A program made the position numbers and the translations under genes. This document shows positions 38,547 through 49,118 of a stretch of DNA of 64,000 nucleotides, one piece after another (the first letter of the stretch is position 1; the number at the start of each line of letters is the position of its first letter). This DNA is from an uncultured Gemmatimonadales bacterium. GTDB lineage: Bacteria > Gemmatimonadota > Gemmatimonadetes > Longimicrobiales > RSA9. The stretch spans positions 3,872,001-3,936,000 of the forward strand of contig OY970192.1 of NCBI GenBank assembly GCA_963708135.1. The letters run 5' to 3'. The notes below the pieces were generated by a model. It ran no database searches, was not told the DNA's origin, and was given only the letters and a program-made list of their open reading frames with translations.

Positions 38547-38684
38547 GTCCGCCCTCCCTTCTGCGCCCATGGACCAGCCGCCCCCCGTCGCAAGCCGCGG
38601 GCCCGACCGAGCGACCCCCCGCCCCCGGACCGATTCCTGCAGCCTTCCTCCGCAGCGAACGAACGCACCCACCCCGGAGGGGCC

Positions 38685-38957
38685 ATGCCTACGGATGCCG
38701 AGAAGCGACGCAGGCGCCGCGAGATCCGGCTGCTCCAGAGCGAGTCCACCTGGCTGCAGAAGGCGCTCTTCGCGCTCAGGAAGGCGGAGGCCGCCCACGA
38801 AGACGTGGCGGACCTGCGCGAGGACGATGACGGCGAGCCGATCCGCCTCGCCGTCGATGGCCGCGAGCTGGAGCTGGAGCCCCTCGAGGACGCCATCGAG
38901 GAGCGCGCCCAGATTCTGCTCGACAACGTGCGCCGCATGCGCCGCGAGCTCCGCTAG
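38685..38957 (+). CDS. Small hypothetical coiled-coil protein
   Basis: GGAGG RBS; MPTDAEKRRRRREIRLLQSESTWLQKALFAL; GC3-rich codons. Confidence 0.7.
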   Translation: MPTDAEKRRRRREIRLLQSESTWLQKALFALRKAEAAHEDVADLREDDDGEPIRLAVDGRELELEPLEDAIEERAQILLDNVRRMRRELR

Positions 38958-39203
38958 CGCCGCACGCCTTTTCGATCGGTCCGGCCCGAGCCGCCCCGCC
39001 GCGCGCCCCATAGGGGTGCGGAGGAATGGTGCCGCATCTCGAGCAGCCCGCTGCCGCGCCCCCATTGACGACACATGCCCGCGACCGAGATCTTCCCCCA
39101 TCCACGGCACCCGTCCGGCCACTGTCATCGAACCCGCGCGCCCTCGCCCACCGCGCCCCCGCGCCACCCGGGCCCCAGCGCGCACCGCCCCGGAGACCAC
39201 CCC

Positions 39204-40732
<1,529 letters not shown>

Positions 40733-40736
<4 letters not shown>

Positions 40737-41281
40737 CCACCGCAGGCGACGCTTCCCCCGCCGACCTCCGCTTCCCGATCGGCCGCTTCGCGCCCGTCCC
40801 GTCGCTCGACGCCGCCGGGCGCGAGGCCGCCATCGCCGCGATCGCCGCCGCGCCGGCGGAGCTCCGCGCGGCCGTGGCGGAACTGGACGACGCGCGGCTC
40901 GACACGCCCTACCGCCCCGGCGGCTGGACGGTCCGCCAGGTCGTGCACCACGTGCCGGACAGCCACATGAACAGCTACGTCCGGTTCCGCCTCGCCCTGA
41001 CCGAGGACACGCCCGCCGTCCTCGCGTACGACGAGGCGGCGTGGGCCGAGCTGTCGGATGCCCGCACCCTGCCGATCGCCGTCTCGCTCGACCTGCTCGA
41101 CGCGCTGCACGAGCGCTGGGTCACGCTGCTCCGCTCCTTCGGCGAGGCGGAGTGGCGGCGCGCCTTCCGCCACCCGGAGCACGGCCTCATCTCGCTCGAG
41201 AAGAACCTCCAGCTCTACGCCTGGCACGGCCGCCACCACGTGAGGCACATCACCGCGCTGCGCGAGCGGATGGGCTGGTAG
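40733..41281 (+). CDS. YfiT/DinB family thiol transferase
   Basis: LRFPIG, LDTPYRPGGWTVRQVVHHVPDSH, YAWHGRHH. Confidence 0.92.
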
Positions 41282-41285
41282 CCGC

Positions 41286-42053
41286 GTGCCGGTCGCGGAC
41301 GACCTCCTGTCGCGCTTCTACCCGGCGCTCCTTGCCGGCAACCTGCCCGCCATCGCGGCGCTCTTCGCCGCGCAGCCGCTCATCGAGGACGCGCGCCTCG
41401 GGCTGATCGAGGGCAACGCGGAGCTGAAGGAGTTCGTGCGCGAGGCCGGCGACTGGCTGCGCTGGCAGAAGGCGGCCATCGAGGACGTCGCCACCACGGC
41501 CGACGAGCGCCGCGTGGTCGAGGAGCTGGTGCTCCACCTCGAGGGCGACGAGGGACCGACGGCGCTCCCCGTCGCGGTGGTCGGCGACGTGGCCGGCGCG
41601 GGCTTCACCGCGCTCCGCATCTACCATTCGCTCTGGCCGCTCCTCGGGGCGCACACGCTCCGCATGCCCGTGCTCCCCGGCGCCCCGGGGCTCCGCGTCC
41701 CCGGCGTCACCGGCGAGTACCAGCGCGCGCTCGCCGCAGGCGATGTCGACGGCGTCCTGGCCTGCTTCGAGCCGGATGGCTACGTCCGCGAGCCCGCCGG
41801 CGACGGCTACACTTACCGCGGCGCAGAGGCGCTGCGCGAATTCTACGGCGCCATCCTGGCCGGCGGCGGGATCCCGCTCGAGCACTGCACCATGACCCAC
41901 GATGCGACGCGGACGGTGCTCGAGTACAATGTGCTCCAGTGGGGCGACGTCGCGCTGCCGCCGCAGGCCGGCGCCGCGGTCTACGAGCGGGGCCCCTCCG
42001 GCCGCCTCGCGGCCGCCCGCATCTACGATGATGTGGAGCGGCCGGTCGCCTGA
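41286..42053 (+). CDS. Tandem SnoaL/NTF2-like domain protein
   Basis: Two NTF2-like halves ending ALRIY and AARIYDD. Confidence 0.75.
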   Translation: MPVADDLLSRFYPALLAGNLPAIAALFAAQPLIEDARLGLIEGNAELKEFVREAGDWLRWQKAAIEDVATTADERRVVEELVLHLEGDEGPTALPVAVVGDVAGAGFTALRIYHSLWPLLGAHTLRMPVLPGAPGLRVPGVTGEYQRALAAGDVDGVLACFEPDGYVREPAGDGYTYRGAEALREFYGAILAGGGIPLEHCTMTHDATRTVLEYNVLQWGDVALPPQAGAAVYERGPSGRLAAARIYDDVERPVA

Positions 42054-42174
42054 GGCGCGCGGCGACGTGGCCAGGCCCCCGCCGCGGCCGGCTTGCCCGC
42101 CACCCCCCGCAACCCCATCCTTGCCCGCGTCCCCCTGGAGCCATCCGATCCCCGCGGGCGAGGGAGGTAGCCGA

Positions 42175-42495
42175 ATGCTCGTCACGACCATGAACGATGT
42201 TCCCGGCCACGTCGTCACCGAGGTCTTCGGCGAGGTGTTCGGGCTGACGGTCCGGTCGCGGAACGTGTTCTCCACGGTCGGCTCCGCGCTCAAGTCGATC
42301 ATCGGCGGCGAGCTCGGCGGCATGACCAAGATGCTGGCGCAGGGCCGCGAGGAGGCCATGCAGCGACTGGCCGAAGAGGCCCAGGCGCGCGGCGCGAACG
42401 CCATCCTCGCCATGCGCTTCGACACCTCCGAGCTCGGCAAGACGTGGACGGAGATCTGCGCCTACGGCACCGCGGTGAAGATCAACCGGAAGTAA
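42175..42495 (+). CDS. YbjQ/UPF0145 family protein
   Basis: VTTMNDVPG, GGEL, GANAILAMRFD, AYGTAV. Confidence 0.92.
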   Translation: MLVTTMNDVPGHVVTEVFGEVFGLTVRSRNVFSTVGSALKSIIGGELGGMTKMLAQGREEAMQRLAEEAQARGANAILAMRFDTSELGKTWTEICAYGTAVKINRK

Positions 42496-44212
42496 GGCCC
42501 GCCCATGCGGCGGCCGCGTCCAGCCGGCCGCGTACCATGGCGCCGTCTCCGGCCTCCAGCGCCTGCCGGAGCCCCGTGAGTCGCGCCTCCAAGGCGCCCA
42601 GCGCGGGGACGACCAGGTCCGCGTTGTCCAGCGCGATCTCCGTCCACAGCTCCGCGTCGCTGCCCGCCAGCCGCGTGGCGTCATGGCCGCCGCGGCCGAG
42701 CGCCTCCCGCCCCACGCCCGCCGCCGCCAGCGCCAGCCCGAGCGCGCTGGACGCGAGCTGCGGCAGGTGGCTCGTCCACGCCAGCCGCGCGTCGTGCGCC
42801 GCGGCCTCCAGCCGCTCCGGCCGGCCGCCCAGCTCCCGCCAGAACGCCGCCGCCCGCTCGACCGCCTCCTCCTCCGCGCCGGCGTGAGGGCACAGGTAGA
42901 CCGGCGCCCCCGCGAACAGCCCCAGCCGCGAGGCGCCCCACCCCGCCCGCTCGCTCCCCGCCAGCGGGTGCGCGCCCACGAACGTCGTCAGCCCCAGCTC
43001 CGCCGCCCGCGCCACTACCGCCCGCTTCGTGCTCGCCACGTCCAACACCAGCAGGCGACGCCGCAGCCGCGCCGCCTCCCGCCCGAGCAGCTCCGCGGCC
43101 GCCTCCGCCGGCACGGCGAGGAGGACGGCCTCCACGTCTTCCAGCCCGGGCAGCTCGAGAGGCTCCCGACCCGCCACCCCCGCCGGCATGTCCGCGAGGC
43201 TCCCCGCCACCACGCCCGCCTCGAGCGCCGCGCGCAGCGTGGCCGGATCGCGGTCCCACCCGAGCACGCGCACGCCGCGCGCGGCCAGCTCCCGGGCCAG
43301 CGAGCCGCCGATCAGCCCGAGCCCCACGATGCCGGCGCTGCGAAGTCCCGCCGGCGGGCGCCCGGCCGCGCCGGGGTGCTCGCCCGAGAAGCTGCCCAGC
43401 ACGGACAGCGAGCGGGCGCGCCCGCGGGCGGCCTCGAGGGCGGCGGCGGGGCGGGCGGCGGATGCGTCGCCTTGAAGCTCCAGGAAGAAGCGGTACGTCC
43501 AGGGGCGGGCGCCGGGCCGCGACTCGAGCCGCGTCAGGTTCACGCCGTGCTCCGCGAAGGCGCCGAGCAGCGCCGCGAGCGCGCCCGGCCGGTTCTCCGT
43601 CTCCGCGACGAGCACCGTGCGCACCTCGCCCGCGCGCGCCTCCTCCGGCTCCCCGCCCGGCGCCGCGACCAGGAAGAAGCGAGTCTGGTTGTCGGTCCGG
43701 TCCTGCACGCCGTCGGCGAGCACCCGCAGCCCGTAGCGCTCCGCGGCGGCCCGCGAGGCGAGGGCCGCCAGCGTCGTATCGTCCGACTCGGCCACTGTGC
43801 GCGCGGCGCCCGCCGTGTCGTGTACGGCCACCGCCTCGAGTTCGGGCCGCGCGGCAAGGAAGCGCGTGCATTGCGCGAGCGCCGCCGGATGCGACAGCAC
43901 CCGCCGCACGTTCGCGGCCACCGCGCCCGGCAGGCCGACCAGCGCGTGCCGCACCGGACGAGCGACCTCGCCCACGATCCTGAGCTCGCCGGCCACGAGC
44001 ACGTCGTACGCGGCGGCAATGCTGCCCATGGCGGTGTTCTCCACCGGCAGCAGCCCGTAGCGCGCGTAGCCCTCGAGCACCGCGCGGCCGACCTCCTCGA
44101 AGCTCGGCCGCGGCACCGGCTCGGCCCGGCCGCCGAACAGGGCGAGGACGGCTTCCTCGCTGAACGCGCCGGGCTCGCCCTGGTAGGCGACGCGGGGGCC
44201 GCCGCCCCTCAC
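42482..44212 (-). CDS. Prephenate dehydratase-ACT fused to prephenate dehydrogenase (PheA-TyrA)
   Basis: AYQGEPGAFSE, PVEN, SHPAALAQC, NQTRF, LESRP, then GIVGLGLIGGS, DVASTK, HPLAGSE, SHLP in one ORF. Confidence 0.88.
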   Translation of the reverse strand: MRGGGPRVAYQGEPGAFSEEAVLALFGGRAEPVPRPSFEEVGRAVLEGYARYGLLPVENTAMGSIAAAYDVLVAGELRIVGEVARPVRHALVGLPGAVAANVRRVLSHPAALAQCTRFLAARPELEAVAVHDTAGAARTVAESDDTTLAALASRAAAERYGLRVLADGVQDRTDNQTRFFLVAAPGGEPEEARAGEVRTVLVAETENRPGALAALLGAFAEHGVNLTRLESRPGARPWTYRFFLELQGDASAARPAAALEAARGRARSLSVLGSFSGEHPGAAGRPPAGLRSAGIVGLGLIGGSLARELAARGVRVLGWDRDPATLRAALEAGVVAGSLADMPAGVAGREPLELPGLEDVEAVLLAVPAEAAAELLGREAARLRRRLLVLDVASTKRAVVARAAELGLTTFVGAHPLAGSERAGWGASRLGLFAGAPVYLCPHAGAEEEAVERAAAFWRELGGRPERLEAAAHDARLAWTSHLPQLASSALGLALAAAGVGREALGRGGHDATRLAGSDAELWTEIALDNADLVVPALGALEARLTGLRQALEAGDGAMVRGRLDAAAAWAGLTSG

Positions 44213-44568
44213 CGCTGCTCCGTCTGCGCGCCGCGGCACAGCCCGACGATGTGCCAGAAGACGTCGCGCACCTGCTCCACCGGCAGCCCGGCCTTTCGCG
44301 CGGCCGCCGCCGCGCGCCGGACCACCGCCGCCTCGCGCGCGGGATCGAGGGTCGGCAGCCCCGCCGCCCGCTTGGCCGCCCCCGCGGCGCGGGCCAGGCG
44401 GAGCCGCTCCCCGAGCAGCGTGACGAGCTGCGCGTCGATGGTCTCGATCCCTTCGCGGATGAGGTTGAGCGCGAGGGCGTCCGGCCCCGGGACGGACGCC
44501 GCCTCCCGGGAGGCGCGCACCGGGGCCTTGCCGTTGGAGCTCGCGGATCCGCCCGCGCGCGCGCTCAC
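44209..44568 (-). CDS. Chorismate mutase (AroQ type)
   Basis: [31 protein letters not shown]. Confidence 0.88.
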   Translation of the reverse strand: MSARAGGSASSNGKAPVRASREAASVPGPDALALNLIREGIETIDAQLVTLLGERLRLARAAGAAKRAAGLPTLDPAREAAVVRRAAAAARKAGLPVEQVRDVFWHIVGLCRGAQTEQR

Positions 44569-45620
44569 GCGGCCCTCCCGGCCGCGCCGGCGGCGCCGGC
44601 GAGGGTGCGGCCGGCCGCGGCGGCGAAGGGCGCGAGGGCCGCCATCAGCGCCGAGAACTCGCCGGTCGAGAGGCTCTGCTCGGCGTCCGAGCGCGCCTCA
44701 TCCGGGCGGGGGTGAACCTCCACGATCAGGCCGTCGGCACCCGCGGCCACCGCCGCGAAGGCGAGCGGCGCCACCAGAGACGCACGCCCGCCGGCGTGGC
44801 TCGGGTCGACGATCACCGGGAGGTGCGTCTCGGCACGCAGCACCGGGATCGCCGCCACGTCGAGCGTGTTTCGCGTCGCCGTCTCGAACGTGCGGATCCC
44901 GCGCTCGCACAGCACGACCTGCGCGTTGCCGTTGCTCATGATGTACTCCGCCGCGAGCAGCAGCTCCGTGATCGTGGCGGAGAGCCCGCGCTTGAGCAGG
45001 ACCGGCCGCTGCACCCTGCCGACCTCGGCCAGCAGCGGGTAGTTCTGCATGTTGCGCGCACCGATCTGGAGCATGTCCGCGTGCTCCGCGACACGGTCCA
45101 CCTGGCGCGTGTCCATCACCTCCGTCACGACCGGCAGCCCCGTCTCCGCCCGCGTCTCCGCCAGCAGCTCGAGCGCCTCCTGCCCGAGCCCCTGGAACGC
45201 GTACGGCGAGGTGCGCGGCTTGTACGCCCCCCCTCGCAGCATCCCCGCCCCCGCCTCCCGCACCGCCACGGCCGTCTCGCGCAGCATTGCCCGCCCCTCC
45301 ACCGAGCACGGACCCGCGATGACGCACAGCGCCTCGCCCCCGAACACGGCCGCCGCGCCGTCGCCCGCGCGCACCAGCGTCGCCTGCGCCGCGAACGCCC
45401 GCGCCGCCCGCTTGTAGGGGGTCGACACGCGCTCGACGCGCGCCACCCCCGGCAGCCGCGCGAGCTGCTCGGCCGGCAGCGCGTCCACGTCGCCCAGGCA
45501 TCCGATCACCGCCTGCAGCTCGCCGCGCGAGAGGGTCGTGCGCACGCCATACGCCTCGACACGCTCGCGCACGCGGTCGATATCGTCGGCCGATGCGCCG
45601 ACACGGGTGATGATGATCAC
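44565..45620 (-). CDS. aroF: DAHP synthase (type I-beta with N-terminal ferredoxin-like regulatory domain)
   Basis: [41 protein letters not shown]. Confidence 0.95.
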   Translation of the reverse strand: MIIITRVGASADDIDRVRERVEAYGVRTTLSRGELQAVIGCLGDVDALPAEQLARLPGVARVERVSTPYKRAARAFAAQATLVRAGDGAAAVFGGEALCVIAGPCSVEGRAMLRETAVAVREAGAGMLRGGAYKPRTSPYAFQGLGQEALELLAETRAETGLPVVTEVMDTRQVDRVAEHADMLQIGARNMQNYPLLAEVGRVQRPVLLKRGLSATITELLLAAEYIMSNGNAQVVLCERGIRTFETATRNTLDVAAIPVLRAETHLPVIVDPSHAGGRASLVAPLAFAAVAAGADGLIVEVHPRPDEARSDAEQSLSTGEFSALMAALAPFAAAAGRTLAGAAGAAGRAA

Positions 45621-45647
45621 GGGGCCTCCTGCTGCTCGGGCGGACAC

Positions 45648-45683
45648 AAAAAAAGCGGCCCGTGGGACTCTCCCACGGGCCGC
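45648..45683 (-). terminator. Intrinsic terminator of the aro attenuator
   Basis: Minus strand gcggcccgtggga-gag-tcccacgggccgc-TTTTTTT: 13 bp stem and U7, 28 bp upstream of aroF. Confidence 0.92.
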
Positions 45684-45706
45684 CGCTCACTCGAAGCTCT
45701 CGTCTG

Positions 45707-45793
45707 CTACACGCGCACACGCGAAGCTTCACGGCCCGTGGCATGGGTCGCGTAGCTAAAGTAATAGGCGTAGAAGCGCGGCTGCGTGTGCAT
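45707..45793 (-). CDS. Phe/Tyr-rich attenuator leader peptide (28 aa)
   Basis: MHTQPRFYAYYFSYATHATGREASRVRV*; 6 of codons 7-14 are Phe or Tyr. Confidence 0.88.
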   Translation of the reverse strand: MHTQPRFYAYYFSYATHATGREASRVRV

Positions 45794-45801
45794 GATCGAA
45801 A

Positions 45802-45831
45802 TGGATAGCCCCCACCCCACCGCCCTGTCAA
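45802..45831 (-). promoter_or_regulatory. Sigma70-like promoter of the aro leader
   Basis: Perfect TTGACA (45831-45826), 18 nt, weak TATCCA; leader ATG follows 8 nt later. Confidence 0.6.
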
Positions 45832-46065
45832 GGGGGCACGCTCCGGCAGCCGGAGCACTCCGCCTTCGCCCGCCGCACCGCGCCAGTGCCTCGAGACGCG
45901 CCTCCCAGAGCGGATCCGCCACCGCCCCGGAGCAGCCGCAGGCCCTCCCGCCGTCCCCCGAATCCGAATCCCAGCGGCGCGGCCCCGGAATCCAGCGGCG
46001 CAGCCCCGGAATCCGAATCCGTTAGTTCCCGTACCGGGCTTCGACTTCCGTGATGGCGGGGCGCC

Positions 46066-46235
46066 GTGAACTCCCCACGCGTACCCCGGCGCGGAGACGG
46101 TTGGGGAGTTGACCGCGCTATTCGTCGTCAACTCCCCAGAGGTCGCAGCTCCACGGGAACGATTGGGGACTTTACCGCGCTATTCGCAGTCAAGTCCCCA
46201 ATCGTCGATTCCACGGCCAATGCGTGGGGACTTTC
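46066..46235. repeat. REP/REPIN-like cluster of alternating inverted TGGGGA(G/C)TT motifs
   Basis: Hairpins tggggagttgac/gtcaactcccca (46102-46138) and acgattggggactt/aagtccccaatcgt (46159-46205), plus outer half-sites. Confidence 0.8.
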
Positions 46236-46291
46236 CTCTCCTCGCGGGCCCGGTACGTCGGTGCGGACGGCGCGCGTCCGACACAACCGGC

Positions 46292-47278
46292 CTAGAGGTC
46301 CAACGACAGCTCGAGCCCCCAGTACGTCTCGTGCGTGAGGAAGAACTCGCCCATCGGCGAGGGGCCGTGGAACCAGCGCGCGATGAGGCGGCCGGAGCGG
46401 CCGGCGCCGTCGTCGAGCCGGATCCCGCCCGCGGCGGACCATGCGCTGCCCCACGTCGTGCGCTGCACGGACTGCCAGTCCAGCCCGGCTACGACGCCGA
46501 AGCGCGGGCTCGCACCCGGCGGGTGCCACTCGCCATCGAAGCCGGCCTGCGCCTGCCAGCGATCCTTCCGGCCGTTCACGAGCAGGTCGCGCTCGGTCTC
46601 CGAGTAGAAGATCCACTCGCCGCCCGCGTAGGCACGCAGCGGGCCGAAGCTGCGCGCGCCCGTGAAGTCGAGGCCGTCGCCGCCGAGCTCGATGCGCCGG
46701 GCGTTGTTGTTCTGCATGAGCTCGTCGCCGAGGTGCGAGCTGCGGTGGATCAGCCGCCACCGGTAGGCCCACGGCCCGCGAGAGAGCTCGAGCGGCGCGG
46801 CCACCATCCAGTCGCTGGCCGTCAGGTCGCGGCTGAGCTGCTCGATGCGGAACAGCGCGCGTACGCCGACCTCGATGCCGAGCGTCATCTCGCCGTCATC
46901 CCACCGCCGCAGCCGCATCGCGGCGAGCTCCTGCCCCAGGTTCACGACGGCGTCCACTTCATGGGCCGAAGCGGCCGAGTCGGGCAGGTCGAAGCGCGGC
47001 CGCTCGCGCGGCGTGTGCGAGAGGATGTCCGTGTCCACGAGCGCGCCGGCCAGCCTTGGCTCGTGCGGATCGGCGAGGATCTGCCGGAACGCGTGCTCCC
47101 GCGGGAACCACTGGAACTGGCCCGAGTGCTGCGCGCGCGCCGGCGCGGCTGCGGCCAGGAGCGTGGCGAGCGCGGCGGCGCCCGCGAGCGGGCGGAAGAG
47201 TCGCGGGTGCCGGGGAGGCGCGGAAGGGCTGGGTCTCGGCATGGCCGGCATGCTACTACCCGGCCGGGGAGGGCACAA
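46292..47278 (-). CDS. DUF1207-like secreted / outer-membrane protein
   Basis: FRQILADPHEPR, LTASDW, HRSSHLGDE, beta-strand C-terminus; start uncertain. Confidence 0.75.
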   Translation of the reverse strand: MCPPRPGSSMPAMPRPSPSAPPRHPRLFRPLAGAAALATLLAAAAPARAQHSGQFQWFPREHAFRQILADPHEPRLAGALVDTDILSHTPRERPRFDLPDSAASAHEVDAVVNLGQELAAMRLRRWDDGEMTLGIEVGVRALFRIEQLSRDLTASDWMVAAPLELSRGPWAYRWRLIHRSSHLGDELMQNNNARRIELGGDGLDFTGARSFGPLRAYAGGEWIFYSETERDLLVNGRKDRWQAQAGFDGEWHPPGASPRFGVVAGLDWQSVQRTTWGSAWSAAGGIRLDDGAGRSGRLIARWFHGPSPMGEFFLTHETYWGLELSLDL

Positions 47279-47308
47279 GCGGGGCGGGGGACGCCTCGGA
47301 GCGCCCGA

Positions 47309-49075
47309 TCAGGCGGACGCCCCCGCGAACGGCAGGTAGACCGTGAACCGGGTGCCCGCGCCGGGCGTGCTGTCAACGTCGATCGCGCCATCGAAGTGGC
47401 GCACGATGCCGTAGGCCGTGGCCAGCCCCAGGCCCGTGCCCTTGCCGGCCGGCTTGGTCGTGAAGAACGGCTCGAAGATGCGCGTGAGCACCTTCCGGTC
47501 CATCCCGGTGCCGGTGTCGCTCACCTCGAGGGCGACGTAGCTCGGCGCGCGCCGCTCGCCCTCCGAGCCGTCGCGTGGCACCGCGGTCTCCGGCGCCCGG
47601 TAGGTGCGGAGCGTCAGCGTGCCCCCCTGGGGCATGGCGTCGCGGGCGTTCACGGCGAGATTCAGGATCACCTGCTCGAGCTGCCCCGGATCGGCCATGA
47701 CCGGCTGGCTCTCGGCCGCCAGCGCGGAGACGAGCTCGATGTGCTCGCCGATGACGCGCCGCAGCATGAGCTCCGTCCGCCGCGTCACCGCGTTCAGGTC
47801 CACCACATCGGCGCCCGCCGGCTGCTTGCGGCTGAAGGTGAGGAGCTGCCGGGTCAGCTCTGCGGCGCGGGCGGTGACGCGCCGGATCTCGAGCAGGTCC
47901 TCCTGCGCCTCCTCGCCGCCCGCCATTGCCATCTCGGCGTGCCCGCTGATGGCCGTGAGCAGGTTGTTGAAGTCGTGCGCGATCCCGCCGGCCAGCCGGC
48001 CGAGCGCGTCCATCTTCTGCGACTGCCGGAGCTGCGCCTCGAGCTCCAGTTCGGAGGTGATGTCGCGCCCTACCGCCACGTAGCTCAGGGGCTTCCCCGT
48101 CCGGTCGCGAACGCGTGAGATGCTCGCGTACTGGTCGTAGAAAGAGCCATCCTTGCGCCGGTTCACGAAGTGGGAGCGCCATACGTCGCCGCGCTCGAGC
48201 ACGTCGTACATGCGACGATAGAACGCATCGTCGTGGCGGCCGCTCCTCAGGATCCTCGGCGTCTGCCCCATCGCCTCCTCGCGCGTGTAGCCGGTCACCT
48301 TCTCGAAGGCCGGGTTGACGTAGCGGATGGTGCCATCCAGGTCCGTCACCACCACCACCTCGCCGGACTGCTCGACGGCGCGGCCGAGCAGGTCCGACTC
48401 CCGCCACGCGCGGTGCAGCTCCGAGAGGTCCGTCACGATCGCTAGCGTGCGTGGCCCCTCCTCCGTCTCGACCGGGCTCAGCGAGATGGAGACTGGAATG
48501 CTCTCTCCATCCTTCCGCTGCGCCGCAAGCGAGAGCGGCTCGCCGAGGGAGCGCGCCGTAGGGCTGGCCTCGTACTCCTGGCGCTGCGCGACGTGCTGCC
48601 GCCTCGCCGCCGGCGGCACGAGCAGCTCGATGCTCCGGCCGCCGAGCTCGCCCGCATCGTAGCCGAGCATCCGCTCGAGCCGGTCGTTTACGAACACCAT
48701 CCGCCCGCGCTCGTCCACCAGCACCACGCCGTCCGCCATGGCGTCCAGCACCTCGTGCAGCCGGCGCCGGCCCGCGCGCGCGCTGCCGTCCAGCACCGCC
48801 CGGCCGAGCGGGCGCGCCACGAACAGGTACAGCAGCGGCCCCGCGACCAGCGTCAGGAGCGCGGCATCCACGAGCGCCCTGGTGACCATCGGCAGCGGCG
48901 GCAGGCTCGCGAGCAGCAGCATGCTGACGAGCTCGGACGCCGCGACGATGACGAGCGTCGCGAGTAGCGCGCGCAGCGCCGCCGGCGTCCTCCAGAGGGA
49001 CGCGGTCGGGCTCGTGCCCGGTGGGCCGGGCGTCCCCTCCGTGGGAGCGCCCGGCGGCGTCTTCAGTGGTTGCAA
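47309..49075 (-). CDS. Membrane-anchored PAS-PAS sensor histidine kinase
   Basis: Two TM helices, two PAS domains, GIAHDFNNLL H-box, NARDAM, DTGTGM, FFTTK, GTGLGL. Confidence 0.93.
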   Translation of the reverse strand: MQPLKTPPGAPTEGTPGPPGTSPTASLWRTPAALRALLATLVIVAASELVSMLLLASLPPLPMVTRALVDAALLTLVAGPLLYLFVARPLGRAVLDGSARAGRRRLHEVLDAMADGVVLVDERGRMVFVNDRLERMLGYDAGELGGRSIELLVPPAARRQHVAQRQEYEASPTARSLGEPLSLAAQRKDGESIPVSISLSPVETEEGPRTLAIVTDLSELHRAWRESDLLGRAVEQSGEVVVVTDLDGTIRYVNPAFEKVTGYTREEAMGQTPRILRSGRHDDAFYRRMYDVLERGDVWRSHFVNRRKDGSFYDQYASISRVRDRTGKPLSYVAVGRDITSELELEAQLRQSQKMDALGRLAGGIAHDFNNLLTAISGHAEMAMAGGEEAQEDLLEIRRVTARAAELTRQLLTFSRKQPAGADVVDLNAVTRRTELMLRRVIGEHIELVSALAAESQPVMADPGQLEQVILNLAVNARDAMPQGGTLTLRTYRAPETAVPRDGSEGERRAPSYVALEVSDTGTGMDRKVLTRIFEPFFTTKPAGKGTGLGLATAYGIVRHFDGAIDVDSTPGAGTRFTVYLPFAGASA

Positions 49076-49118
49076 GGAATGCGGCTCATCCGGAAAAGGA
49101 AGAAGATCTACGGTGATC

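Noticed and set aside
46101..46205. Possible mini-CRISPR (two ~38 bp palindromic repeats, ~24 bp spacer)
   Set aside because: Only two diverged copies, with flanking half-sites in alternating orientation; fits a REP-like cluster better.
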